Part shown: positions 24,982 to 33,429 of the stretch, piece by piece
Numbering within the stretch: the first letter of the stretch is position 1
Layout: each line of letters opens with the position of its first letter
Source of the DNA: an uncultured Victivallales bacterium
Lineage (GTDB): Bacteria; Verrucomicrobiota; Lentisphaeria; Victivallales; UBA1829
DNA: 64,000 nt
Assembly: GCA_944390735.1 (NCBI GenBank)
Contig: CALXRL010000014.1
Coordinates: 1,441-65,440, forward strand
Reading direction: 5' to 3'
Translations under genes and position numbers: made by a program
The notes under the pieces: generated by a model
Databases searched by the model: none
Told to the model about the DNA's origin: nothing
What the model saw: only the letters and a program-made list of their open reading frames with translations

Positions 24982-26246
24982 TGAGCGGAAAACTTCATTT
25001 TTACAGGAAGCAGTTTTCCGGCTGCGTTTCATGCGGAAAATGCTGCGACTGCGGCTGGCCGGTTCCGGTGACTTCCGAGGAGGTCAGACGGATCTCCTCG
25101 CTGGATTTTCAGGAGTGGAGCGCTCTTCCCCGATCCTGCTTCAAGCGGACCTTGCGCGGATGGTATCTGCGAAAACAGGCGGATAAGCGCTGCGTTTTTC
25201 TGGATTCGGACGGATTGTGCATCATTCACAAAAAGTTTGGATTTTCCGCCAAGCCGCTGGCCTGTCGACTCTATCCGCTGGACGTATACCGCTGGCGCGA
25301 CGGTTCCATTTCGGCCTCGCTTCGTTACGACTGTCCCGCGGTGACGGGAGCCGGACGCATGGAACCGTTCGGAAAACTGGCCGGGACGATCGAAGCCTTC
25401 GCAGCGGAACTCTTTCGGTATCGGGGAAGAGATGCGGATGCAGCCTATTCGCGCCGGATTCATCCGGATGTGGCGCGTCTCCGCCGGATTGCCGATTCCT
25501 ATCGGAACATTCTGATGTACGAGCACATTGCGCCGGAAATCCGTTTTTCGGCGGCGGTCCGTCTGCTGCTGTTTCATTCCATCCGGAAAAATTCGTCCGA
25601 TATTCTGGAGGCCGAGGAGTTCGAGGCCGATTCCTTCGCCTTTTTCAAACGAAGCATCGAGCATCTGACCGTTCTGGTGGAGGAGGCGGAAAAGATCCGG
25701 CACGATCAGCTGGTCCGCTTCCGTTATCTGATCTGGTGTTTTCTCCGCGATGACAGCCGCGCGACGTGGTCGGCGCATCTTCCGATGGTCTTTGCCGCGC
25801 TGCGCTTTCTGATCGGGAGGGGAACGCTGAAGCCTACGCTTCTGAACCGGGAGGTGAACGCGGAGGCGCTGTTCCATGCCGTCTGGAAATGCCGTCGGAA
25901 GAAAGAGGCGCCGGAGGTGTTTTTCCGATTCCTTCAGGGGCGGCTGGTTTCCATGCACTTCTGCGGATCGCCTGCGCTCGGACTGCCGTTTGAATATGGA
26001 ATGGCCTATCTGCTGATCGCCTGGCCGATCGTGATTTTTCTCGCTTCGGTGCTTGCCGCGGAGCGGAAGGATTTCCTGATCGGACCGGATGATGTCCGAA
26101 ATGCCCTGATTCTTGTGGACCACGGGTTCCTTCGTTCCCGGCTGTTCTGCCGGAGAAGCACAAAAGCGGCGGTCTGGAATCTGATGAAGGGCGAGGATTA
26201 CGCTTTTCTGATGAAGCTCTGTCTTCACCAGAAGGTCGTCTCATGA
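24981..26246 (+). CDS. YkgJ/UPF0153-type CxxCxxCC metal-cluster domain protein with long C-terminal extension and TM segment
   Basis: CVSCGKCCDCGWPV...CVFLDSDGLCIIH...ACRLYP at the N-terminus. The roughly 250-aa C-terminal half has no recognised family and carries the hydrophobic MAYLLIAWPIVIFLASVLAA. The start overlaps the SixA stop (TGATG). Confidence 0.7.
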   Translation: MSGKLHFYRKQFSGCVSCGKCCDCGWPVPVTSEEVRRISSLDFQEWSALPRSCFKRTLRGWYLRKQADKRCVFLDSDGLCIIHKKFGFSAKPLACRLYPLDVYRWRDGSISASLRYDCPAVTGAGRMEPFGKLAGTIEAFAAELFRYRGRDADAAYSRRIHPDVARLRRIADSYRNILMYEHIAPEIRFSAAVRLLLFHSIRKNSSDILEAEEFEADSFAFFKRSIEHLTVLVEEAEKIRHDQLVRFRYLIWCFLRDDSRATWSAHLPMVFAALRFLIGRGTLKPTLLNREVNAEALFHAVWKCRRKKEAPEVFFRFLQGRLVSMHFCGSPALGLPFEYGMAYLLIAWPIVIFLASVLAAERKDFLIGPDDVRNALILVDHGFLRSRLFCRRSTKAAVWNLMKGEDYAFLMKLCLHQKVVS

Positions 26247-26795
26247 ACCGGACCTGGCCGTATCCTTTTCGGGAAGGGGGAAGAGACGGAAGGTCTGCGG
26301 AATTTTTTCGAGCTCTTTAAGCGTTTCCGGTTTTGTCGACTGCGGGCAGATAAACAGGATCGACCAGAGGGTTTCGTCCGAAACCAGCAGATACTGAATC
26401 ATTTTATGACCGGAGGTCCGGTTGTATTCAAAGCGGGCGGCGGGCAGTCCGGCGATTTTCACGTTGGAGTTCCGGATGCCGCCTTTCAGTTTGCTGTCCC
26501 TGGAGAGCGCGTCAAGCGCCGCCTTCCGATTGAAATTGAGATCTTCAAACGTCTTGAAACAGACAATGTTCAGCACCAGCGGCGAGAGAACGGACCCCGT
26601 ATGGAATGCCGTCAGTTTGGCTCCGACATCCTCCCCCTTGTTGACGGCCGCTCCCACCAGTTTTGATACCAGATAACTGGTTTTCCATCCGTCGGGCAGA
26701 TCAATGGTGAATCCTTCCGCTTTTGAACCGAACGTCTCCCCCCGGAGCGTCAGAACGGAAAACAACAGCAGAAGAGCGAGAAATCCCCGTTTCAT
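26241..26795 (-). CDS. Secreted hypothetical protein (184 aa)
   Basis: MKRGFLALLLLFSVLTLRGE signal. The start overlaps the pdxA stop, and the 3' end overlaps the convergent gene by 6 nt. Confidence 0.55.
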   Translation of the reverse strand: MKRGFLALLLLFSVLTLRGETFGSKAEGFTIDLPDGWKTSYLVSKLVGAAVNKGEDVGAKLTAFHTGSVLSPLVLNIVCFKTFEDLNFNRKAALDALSRDSKLKGGIRNSNVKIAGLPAARFEYNRTSGHKMIQYLLVSDETLWSILFICPQSTKPETLKELEKIPQTFRLFPLPEKDTARSGS

Positions 26796-27751
26796 AAAGC
26801 GCTTCTCCGTTTTGCGTTGGCACGTTTGACTGCGGTCATCAGCGCCGCTTTGAGACTGCCGGTATCGGCGGTTCCCCGCCAGGCGATTTCGAAGGCCGTG
26901 CCGTGATCCACGCTTGTGCGGATGATCGGCAGTCCCATGGTGGAGTTGACCCCGCAGTTGAATGCAAGCATTTTGAAGGGAATGTGCCCCTGATCGTGAT
27001 ACATGGCGACAATTCCGTCGAAATTCCTGCGGATGGAGTCAATGAAAAGCGTGTCGGAAGGGTAGGGGCCCGAGACGGCAAGTCCCTCCGCCTGGAGTTC
27101 GGCAACCGCCGGTTTGACGATCGTTTCATCCTCCGTTCCCATGTGGCCGTTTTCTCCTGCGTGCGGATTGAGTCCGGCAACCGCGATTCGAGGCGTTTCC
27201 ACCCCTTCCGCGCGTGCCGCCTCCGCCACCAGATGCGCCACTTCCCGGATTCGTTCCCGCGTGACGTGTCCGGCCACCTCCTTCAGCGCAATATGAGTCG
27301 TGACAAAGATGACGCGAAGCGATCCCGCCGACTGCATCATGGCGAACTGTTTTGTTCCGCAGAGTTCCGCGATCAGTTCCGTGTGTCCGGTAAAGGGAAT
27401 GCCCGCATCGTTGATCGCCGCCTTGTTGACAGGACAGGTGACAATGGCGTCGGCTTTCCCTTCGAGAACATCCCGGGTGGCCCGGATGATCGTTTCATAA
27501 GCCGCTTTTCCCGCAGCCGCGCTGCGTTCGCCCGGGACAAAATCCTCCATGGAAAGCTCTCCCGTGTCGACCAGAACGCAGGAAGTGCCCGGAGCGAATC
27601 TGTGAAGCGCCTCCCGGAGAACCGGAGCCGGACCGTAAAGTCGGATGTCGGCAGACTCCATCACTTCCCGGTCAAGCAGAATACGAGCTGCAAGTTCCGG
27701 ACCGATTCCGGCTGCGTCTCCTGTGGACAGCGCTATAACGGGTTTTTGCAT
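26792..27751 (-). CDS. pdxA: 4-hydroxythreonine-4-phosphate dehydrogenase
   Basis: IALSTGDAAGIGPEL, FTGHTELIAE, GLNPHAGENGHMG, DQGHIPFK and IRTSVDHGTAF are canonical PdxA blocks. Confidence 0.9.
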   Translation of the reverse strand: MQKPVIALSTGDAAGIGPELAARILLDREVMESADIRLYGPAPVLREALHRFAPGTSCVLVDTGELSMEDFVPGERSAAAGKAAYETIIRATRDVLEGKADAIVTCPVNKAAINDAGIPFTGHTELIAELCGTKQFAMMQSAGSLRVIFVTTHIALKEVAGHVTRERIREVAHLVAEAARAEGVETPRIAVAGLNPHAGENGHMGTEDETIVKPAVAELQAEGLAVSGPYPSDTLFIDSIRRNFDGIVAMYHDQGHIPFKMLAFNCGVNSTMGLPIIRTSVDHGTAFEIAWRGTADTGSLKAALMTAVKRANAKRRSAL

Positions 27752-27819
27752 GGCGGTTCGGAAAAACACTTCACCGGCCGGGAAATTCATTCCCCGATAC
27801 GGAGAAGTGCATTGGAATC

Positions 27820-28041
27820 TTATGCGTTTTTGGAGGCGAGATACTGCGCCTTTTTCTCTTCGAGGAGCAGGCCGACGTTGTCCGCGTTGATCGGATCATA
27901 TCCTTTTTCCTTCAGGAAATCGAGAAACCCGAGCCAGTCCTGATGATTCCATGCGCCTTTGTGCCGTTTCACAAAATTCATGGCGATGGGAGAGCGTTTC
28001 AGCTTTTTGAGATTTGCTTCTTCTTTCGAGAGTGCCATCAT
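27820..28041 (-). CDS. Small hypothetical protein (72-73 aa)
   Basis: MMALSKEEANLKKLKRSPIAMNFVKRHKGAWNHQDWLGFLDFLKEKGYDPINADNVGLLLEEKKAQYLASKNA. AAGGAGG lies immediately upstream (3-6 nt from the two ATGs at 28041 and 28038), and it has its own promoter. Confidence 0.6.
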   Translation of the reverse strand: MMALSKEEANLKKLKRSPIAMNFVKRHKGAWNHQDWLGFLDFLKEKGYDPINADNVGLLLEEKKAQYLASKNA

Positions 28042-28094
28042 AAACCTCCTTCGGTTTTGTTTCACGGAACAAGCCATTTTTCCGGCCTGACGGT

Positions 28095-28122
28095 AATATA
28101 CAGCATTTTTCTCCGAATTCAA
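28095..28122 (-). promoter_or_regulatory. Candidate sigma70 promoter of the 73-aa gene
   Basis: Minus strand reads TTGAAT-tcggagaaaaatgctg(16)-TATATT. Confidence 0.5.
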
Positions 28123-28186
28123 GCGGGAAGTCGTGCGTGTCGGAACACGCGGGGGAAAGGCGGCCGCGGCGGAACCGGAGCGGCCG

Positions 28187-29671
28187 TCAGCAAAGTTTGC
28201 GAATGGCTTCCTGAAGCACTTCCCGATCGTCAAAATGGGTGCGGACGCCATGGATCTCCTGATAGGTTTCGTGTCCCTTTCCGGCAATCAGAATCAGATC
28301 GCCCGGTCCGGAGAGACGCACCGCCTCTTCAATGGCGTCTTTCCGGTTGGTGATCTTGAGAACGGATTTCCCGGCGGGGATGCCGGAAGAGGCCTCCCGG
28401 ATGATCGCCTCGGGATCCTCGGTGCGCGGATTGTCGCTGGTCAGAATGGTGAGATCGGCGAGTCTGCCGCAGACCTCCGCCATGCGGGGTCGCTTGGTGC
28501 GGTCGCGATCCCCTCCGCAGCCGAAAAGCGCAATGAGACGGCCCCGGCAGAGCGGACGCAGAGCGCTCAGAACGCGCTCCAGCGCGTCATCCGTATGCGC
28601 GTAATCCACAAATGCGGAACTCCCGTTCGGAAGAGCAAAGGATTCCAGACGGCCCGGCACCGCGATCGGTTCCGAAAGCACCCGTTTCAACTCGTCCGGC
28701 GGCACTCCCCGCGCCAGAACCGCCGCCCCGGCCGAAGCCAGATTGTAGAGATTGTGCAATCCGATCAGATTGGTGCGGATCTCCAGCGCGTCCCCGCCTT
28801 TCCAGAAAAGCTGGAACTCCGAGCCGTCGGAGGTGATGCGGAGCGGACGGATCCGGCAGTCGGCCTCGCTTTGCGCGGAGAGCGTGACCGGCTCCTTTCC
28901 CTCCTTCCGCAGCTCTTCCGACAGGCGCACTCCCCACGGATCATCCAGATTGACAACCGCATGACCGTGTTCCGACAGCTGTTCCGAAAACAGAATCTTT
29001 TTCGCCTGATAGTACGCTTCCATTGTGTGATGGTAATCCAGATGGTCCCCGGTCAGATTGGTGAAAATGGCCGTTTCAAATTGCGCCGTTCCCATCCGCT
29101 TCTGATGAAGTCCGTGGCTGGAGGCTTCCAGAACGACGTCCGAACAGCCGTTTTCCGCCATTTTCGTCATGATGCGCTGAAACGCCATGGCATCCGGTGT
29201 GGTTCTGGCGGATTCCGAAGCCGGAGAGCCTCCGCCGAAATCGTATTCGATGGTGGAGATCAGACCGCAGCGACCCTGTCCGGTTTCCTGAATCAGCCTC
29301 CGAAGAAGAAAGGCCGTGGTGGTTTTCCCGTTGGTCCCCGTGACGGCGTGAAGACGAAGTCCGGCGGCCGGAAATCCGGCAAAGGTCTGACAGAGAATTC
29401 CCCACGCGTGATAGGCGTTCGCACAGACAAGATGCGGAACCGTTTCCGGCAGCGCAAGATTCGGATCGTCGGAAACAACGGCAACGGCGCCGCGCTCCAG
29501 CGCCTGGCCGATAAATTGTCTTCCATCGGCTTTCGCCCCCCGGACCGCGCAGAAAAGAAAATCCTTTCCAACAGTTCTGGAATCGTTGGAAACACCGGCA
29601 ATCGGAAGATTTTTCCAGCTGCGCACCTCTTCCGGATGCAGCGCGGCAAGGTATTCGGCAAGTCTCCGCAT
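28187..29671 (-). CDS. murE: UDP-N-acetylmuramoyl-L-alanyl-D-glutamate--2,6-diaminopimelate ligase
   Basis: DSRTVGKDFLFCAVRGAKADGRQFI, VTGTNGKTTTAFLL, and DNPRTEDP near the C-terminus. Confidence 0.9.
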   Translation of the reverse strand: MRRLAEYLAALHPEEVRSWKNLPIAGVSNDSRTVGKDFLFCAVRGAKADGRQFIGQALERGAVAVVSDDPNLALPETVPHLVCANAYHAWGILCQTFAGFPAAGLRLHAVTGTNGKTTTAFLLRRLIQETGQGRCGLISTIEYDFGGGSPASESARTTPDAMAFQRIMTKMAENGCSDVVLEASSHGLHQKRMGTAQFETAIFTNLTGDHLDYHHTMEAYYQAKKILFSEQLSEHGHAVVNLDDPWGVRLSEELRKEGKEPVTLSAQSEADCRIRPLRITSDGSEFQLFWKGGDALEIRTNLIGLHNLYNLASAGAAVLARGVPPDELKRVLSEPIAVPGRLESFALPNGSSAFVDYAHTDDALERVLSALRPLCRGRLIALFGCGGDRDRTKRPRMAEVCGRLADLTILTSDNPRTEDPEAIIREASSGIPAGKSVLKITNRKDAIEEAVRLSGPGDLILIAGKGHETYQEIHGVRTHFDDREVLQEAIRKLC

Positions 29672-29704
29672 GATCGTCTCCGTTTTGATTTTCCGCTCCG
29701 GAGC

Positions 29705-31087
29705 CTATTCCCGAGCCGGTTCGATCCGTTCCAGACGGGTCCCGCGCGACGCTTTCAGAAACACGATATCTCCGGGTTTTGCCATGCTGCGCACATCCTC
29801 CGCGGCCGCAAGGGAGTCGGGAAAGGAGACGATGGCGGGAGAGGCGATCCGTTGCGCCGCTTCCGACATGGATTCCCCCACCGCCGCAATCCGGGCCCCG
29901 GGAAACAGGGTCAGCGCCAGACGGAGAATCTCCTCGTGCGCCGCTGCGGAAAGTTCCCCCACTTCGCGCATGTCGCCCAGAACCAGCAGCAGTTTGGACG
30001 GATCGGCAAATTCGGCCAGCCAGTTCAGTGTTGCTCTCATGCTGTCCGGATTGGCATTGTATGCGTCGTTGATCCATTGCGCATCCGCGTAAACGGAGCG
30101 TTTCATCCGCATGCCCGGCAGTGTGCAGTTCGCCAGGCCCGCGGCAATCTCTTCAAGCGGGATTCCGAATGCGGAGGCCGCGGCGGCGGCTCCCGCCGCA
30201 TTCGCCGCCTGATGCGCGCCGCAAAGGGACCATTCCACAAGGGCTCTCTTTCCGGTCCGTTTTTCGATCAGTTCAAAGGAACTGCCCCGGATGTTGCCCC
30301 CCAGGTACGCGGCCTCAAAATCGGCACCGGGCCCGAAAAACAGAATGGGATGACCTTCTGCGGCTTGGATCATGCATTCCAGTCCCGCGCTGTGTGCCGG
30401 AATGATTGCAGTTCCCTTCGGCTGAAGATGACGGAACAGCGCGGATTTCTCCCGAGCCACCCCCTCCAGCGATCCAAGAAACTCCAGATGACAGCGGCCG
30501 ATGGATACGATCAGTCCCGCATCCGGTTCCGCCGCCGCCGCAAGCGGTTCGATCTCGCCGGGATGGTTTGTGCCCATTTCCAGAATGCAGAAGCGGTGAC
30601 GGGGCGTCAGACGCAGAAGATTCTGCGGAACCCCGATCTGATTATTGGTATTTCCTTCCGTCGCAAGGACGGCGTCCTTTCCGAACACATGCTCGAAGAT
30701 GGCGCGGAGCATCTCCTTGGTGCTGGTCTTTCCGCTGGATCCGGTCAGCGCGATCGTTTTGACGCCGCAGCGTTTCCGGTGAAAGGCAGCAAGCTGCTGA
30801 TACGCCGTCACGGTGGAATCCACCAGCAGCGCGGGAGCGCCCGGCGGAAGTTTCGCCCGGTTCTTCTTCTCCACACAGAGAAGGGTTGCTCCGTTGGCAA
30901 GCGCATCCGCCAGATAGTCGTGCCCGTCGAAGGTCTCCCCGGGAATGGCAAGAAAAAGGGAATCCGGCGACGGCTTCCGGGAATCGGTTGTGATGCTCCG
31001 GACCCCCTGTCCGGAAAAGGCGTTCACGGGGAGAGCCCCCGTCGCCTTCCGAATCTCCTCATAGGAAAACAGCATGAGAGACCTCAA
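29705..31087 (-). CDS. murF: UDP-N-acetylmuramoyl-tripeptide--D-alanyl-D-alanine ligase
   Basis: TDSRKPSPDSLFLAIPGETFDGHDYL, LTGSSGKTSTKEML, NDAYNANPDSM. Confidence 0.9.
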   Translation of the reverse strand: MRSLMLFSYEEIRKATGALPVNAFSGQGVRSITTDSRKPSPDSLFLAIPGETFDGHDYLADALANGATLLCVEKKNRAKLPPGAPALLVDSTVTAYQQLAAFHRKRCGVKTIALTGSSGKTSTKEMLRAIFEHVFGKDAVLATEGNTNNQIGVPQNLLRLTPRHRFCILEMGTNHPGEIEPLAAAAEPDAGLIVSIGRCHLEFLGSLEGVAREKSALFRHLQPKGTAIIPAHSAGLECMIQAAEGHPILFFGPGADFEAAYLGGNIRGSSFELIEKRTGKRALVEWSLCGAHQAANAAGAAAAASAFGIPLEEIAAGLANCTLPGMRMKRSVYADAQWINDAYNANPDSMRATLNWLAEFADPSKLLLVLGDMREVGELSAAAHEEILRLALTLFPGARIAAVGESMSEAAQRIASPAIVSFPDSLAAAEDVRSMAKPGDIVFLKASRGTRLERIEPARE

Positions 31088-31665
31088 TCCAGAACGATTT
31101 CCGTCAGCACTTTGCCGTTGCGGAAGATCACTCGTTTGCTTTTGACCCGGTCCACCCAGTAGATCCAGGAGTCGCTGAGCTGGTTCGGCGTCCGGATTTT
31201 GCTCGGAGGACCGTAGGTTGTGATGACATTCTGCTTGGTCATGCCTTTTTCAATGATGCCTCTGCGCATCTTTTCGAAGGCGGCGGGCGAGACGCCGCCG
31301 GCCATCTCCACGGCAACCGATGTGGTGAAAAGCTGTTTGGCAAACTCTTCAATCGGCATCATGGTTCTGCCGTCGTCATAGTGCAGAGTGAAGGTCTTTC
31401 CATTTGCCTGAAAGACAATGCTGGAATCGGTCATGGAAAGGATCCGCACCTCGGTCCCGAATGGAATCAGGGTTCCTTTCTGAATGTTGTCCGTGGTCAG
31501 ATTCTCCGGATTCTCATACCAGAGATTGTAGGCCGTGTAAACAGCGGCGTGTGTGGGGAGCTGAAGAACCTCCTCCGGGACGATGGTGCGCGTCTGACAT
31601 CCGGAAAGAAGAAAAACACATGCGGCGGAAAGAATCGGGACCAGTCTGATCAATGTTTTTTTCAT
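31084..31665 (-). CDS. Lipoprotein, unknown function (193 aa)
   Basis: MKKTLIRLVPILSAACVFLLSGCQ (lipobox LSGC). The stop overlaps the murF start (ATGA). Confidence 0.7.
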   Translation of the reverse strand: MKKTLIRLVPILSAACVFLLSGCQTRTIVPEEVLQLPTHAAVYTAYNLWYENPENLTTDNIQKGTLIPFGTEVRILSMTDSSIVFQANGKTFTLHYDDGRTMMPIEEFAKQLFTTSVAVEMAGGVSPAAFEKMRRGIIEKGMTKQNVITTYGPPSKIRTPNQLSDSWIYWVDRVKSKRVIFRNGKVLTEIVLD

Positions 31666-31683
31666 AGAAAACCTCTGAGTTGC

Positions 31684-32214
31684 TTACCATGCTTCCGTTG
31701 TGTACTCCACCGCCAGTCTTGCGGCGTTGTAACAGGCCTGTTTGAGCGCGTTTGCCCGACTGACCGCCGGATCGGCCAGAACCTGATAGCTCGCCGAGCC
31801 CACGACACTGCGGGTGGGAATCAGCGGTTCGCCCCGGCCGGGAATCAGAACGGTGAATTCCAGCGTGACCGAAAGCATGAATTCCGCCGGTCGATAGGTG
31901 ATGTCGTTGTCCATGCTGTCTTCCCGGATCGTCATGTTGGAGACCTTGACGATTTTGCCGTAAAGAACGCAGTCCGACGAGCCGAGATTCTTAAGCGTCA
32001 GTCCTCCGTCGAACTGAATGCGTTCGCAGAGCTGCTGGCGCATCACCGAAGCGGCCAGCATCTCCAGTGTATCGTTTTTCACTTCCGCCACGGCGATGGA
32101 TTTGACATCCGGGTGCATCAGGGAACGGGCGCCGATCCGGTAGCCGCATCCGGTAAAAAGCAGCGACGCGCCCAGCACGGCGCAAAGGGACAGAATCCTC
32201 TTACAACATATCAT
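31684..32214 (-). CDS. LptE-like LPS-assembly lipoprotein
   Basis: Lipobox LFTGCGYRIGARS (compare LptE CGFHLRG), about 175 aa. It overlaps the 3' end of the BamD-like gene by 14 nt. Confidence 0.5.
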   Translation of the reverse strand: MICCKRILSLCAVLGASLLFTGCGYRIGARSLMHPDVKSIAVAEVKNDTLEMLAASVMRQQLCERIQFDGGLTLKNLGSSDCVLYGKIVKVSNMTIREDSMDNDITYRPAEFMLSVTLEFTVLIPGRGEPLIPTRSVVGSASYQVLADPAVSRANALKQACYNAARLAVEYTTEAW

Positions 32215-33280
32215 CGGTTACGACCTCCTGTTTCTTGTCTCTGTCGATGGTGCCGCCCTTGATGTCCCGGATGGGAAGAAGCCAGCGGCTTCCGGGCTCC
32301 GGCATGATGAGAATGGGGGAGTCCTCTCTCGGAAATCCGGATTCCTTGAAAGCGCGGCGTTCCGGCGTCCAGTGGAGTCCCCTGGCTTTGTATTCCTTGT
32401 CGATTTCCGCCATTTTCTCTTCCGCGGCGGAGGCGGGTTTCGTGGTGGAATAGTCCCGGATCACCGTGGCAAAATAGCGCTGGGCGACATCGTATTTCTT
32501 CTCGTTCATATAGAACTTGCCGATGTTGTAGATCCGTTCCGCCATGATGTTGTGAACCTCGTCGCGCGAGCGCTTGATCCACGGCGTCTGCGGATCATCC
32601 GGATGTTTCTCCAGAAAGGTGTCGAAGGCTTCCAGCGCCAGTTTCGCGTTCTGGTTGTCGCCGTCGCCGCGGCGGGATTTGTGCAGAAGGGTGTTGGAAA
32701 GTTCCAACGCGGCGTAGCGGGCCTCTTCCGAATCGGGATGGAGTTTGATGGTGTCCGCGAAGCATGCGATGGCCTTGTCGGGTTTGTCGTTGTCCAGATA
32801 GAGCCGTCCGAGCCGGAGACGCGCCGCCGGCGCGGCGGCGGTGCAGGGGGCGTTTTTCAGCGCCTTTTCATAAATCTCCATCGTGCGGTCGTCCTTGGTG
32901 ATGAAGGGAATCCAGGAGAGAAAACGGTCCCGGTGCCCCGCGAAAAACTTGTCGCCGATCTCGAACTGCCGCTTGACCACCTCGGTGAAATTGATGCGTG
33001 TGACATGTCCTTCCGCCAGTTTCTGAAGACAGTCGAACTCCGCACCGTACTTGCGCGCCTTCCGGTACGCCCGTGCCGCGCAGATGAGGGCGTTGACCTT
33101 CTGAACCGGATCGTCGGCCTGGATCTCCGACTCCAGATAGGCATCCGCGGAGGAGAGATATTTTCCGCGTTTTTCGCGATCCCGTCCGGTGGAATAGGCT
33201 TCCTGGGCGGCTTTTTCGTCGGCAAATGCCGTCAGGAAAAGGAAAGAACTCAGTAAAATCAGAAAAATTTTCAAATACAT
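32201..33280 (-). CDS. BamD/YfiO-like TPR outer-membrane assembly factor
   Basis: MYLKIFLILLSSFLFLTAFA signal, TPR-like repeats, and a BamD-like C-terminal block (EVHNIMAERIYNIGKFYMNEKKYDVAQRYFATVIRDY). Confidence 0.55.
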   Translation of the reverse strand: MYLKIFLILLSSFLFLTAFADEKAAQEAYSTGRDREKRGKYLSSADAYLESEIQADDPVQKVNALICAARAYRKARKYGAEFDCLQKLAEGHVTRINFTEVVKRQFEIGDKFFAGHRDRFLSWIPFITKDDRTMEIYEKALKNAPCTAAAPAARLRLGRLYLDNDKPDKAIACFADTIKLHPDSEEARYAALELSNTLLHKSRRGDGDNQNAKLALEAFDTFLEKHPDDPQTPWIKRSRDEVHNIMAERIYNIGKFYMNEKKYDVAQRYFATVIRDYSTTKPASAAEEKMAEIDKEYKARGLHWTPERRAFKESGFPREDSPILIMPEPGSRWLLPIRDIKGGTIDRDKKQEVVTDDML

Positions 33281-33341
33281 TGGCTGTTTTCGCTTCCCGG
33301 AGTTTGTTTTTCTCTTTCTGACAAGATATCTTTTAAAAAGA

Positions 33342-33355
33342 AACGCCATGGCGTT
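33342..33355. promoter_or_regulatory. Perfect 14-bp palindrome AACGCCATGGCGTT in a divergent intergenic region
   Basis: Read directly. It lies between the BamD-like (minus) and GT4 (plus) genes. Function unknown. Confidence 0.3.
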
Positions 33356-33429
33356 CGTGTCATGCTGAAATTTAGCACTTTATTGGAAAATCGCAAGTGC
33401 CAATCCAAATTAACGGAAATAAAGTTTGA

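Noticed and set aside
28133-31162. 1009-aa ORF on the plus strand, the longest unassigned ORF in the track
   Set aside because: It lies exactly antisense to murE and murF, whose products carry canonical Mur ligase motifs. Its translation is R/G/P/S-rich with no recognisable motif. This is a typical shadow ORF of a GC-rich coding region.
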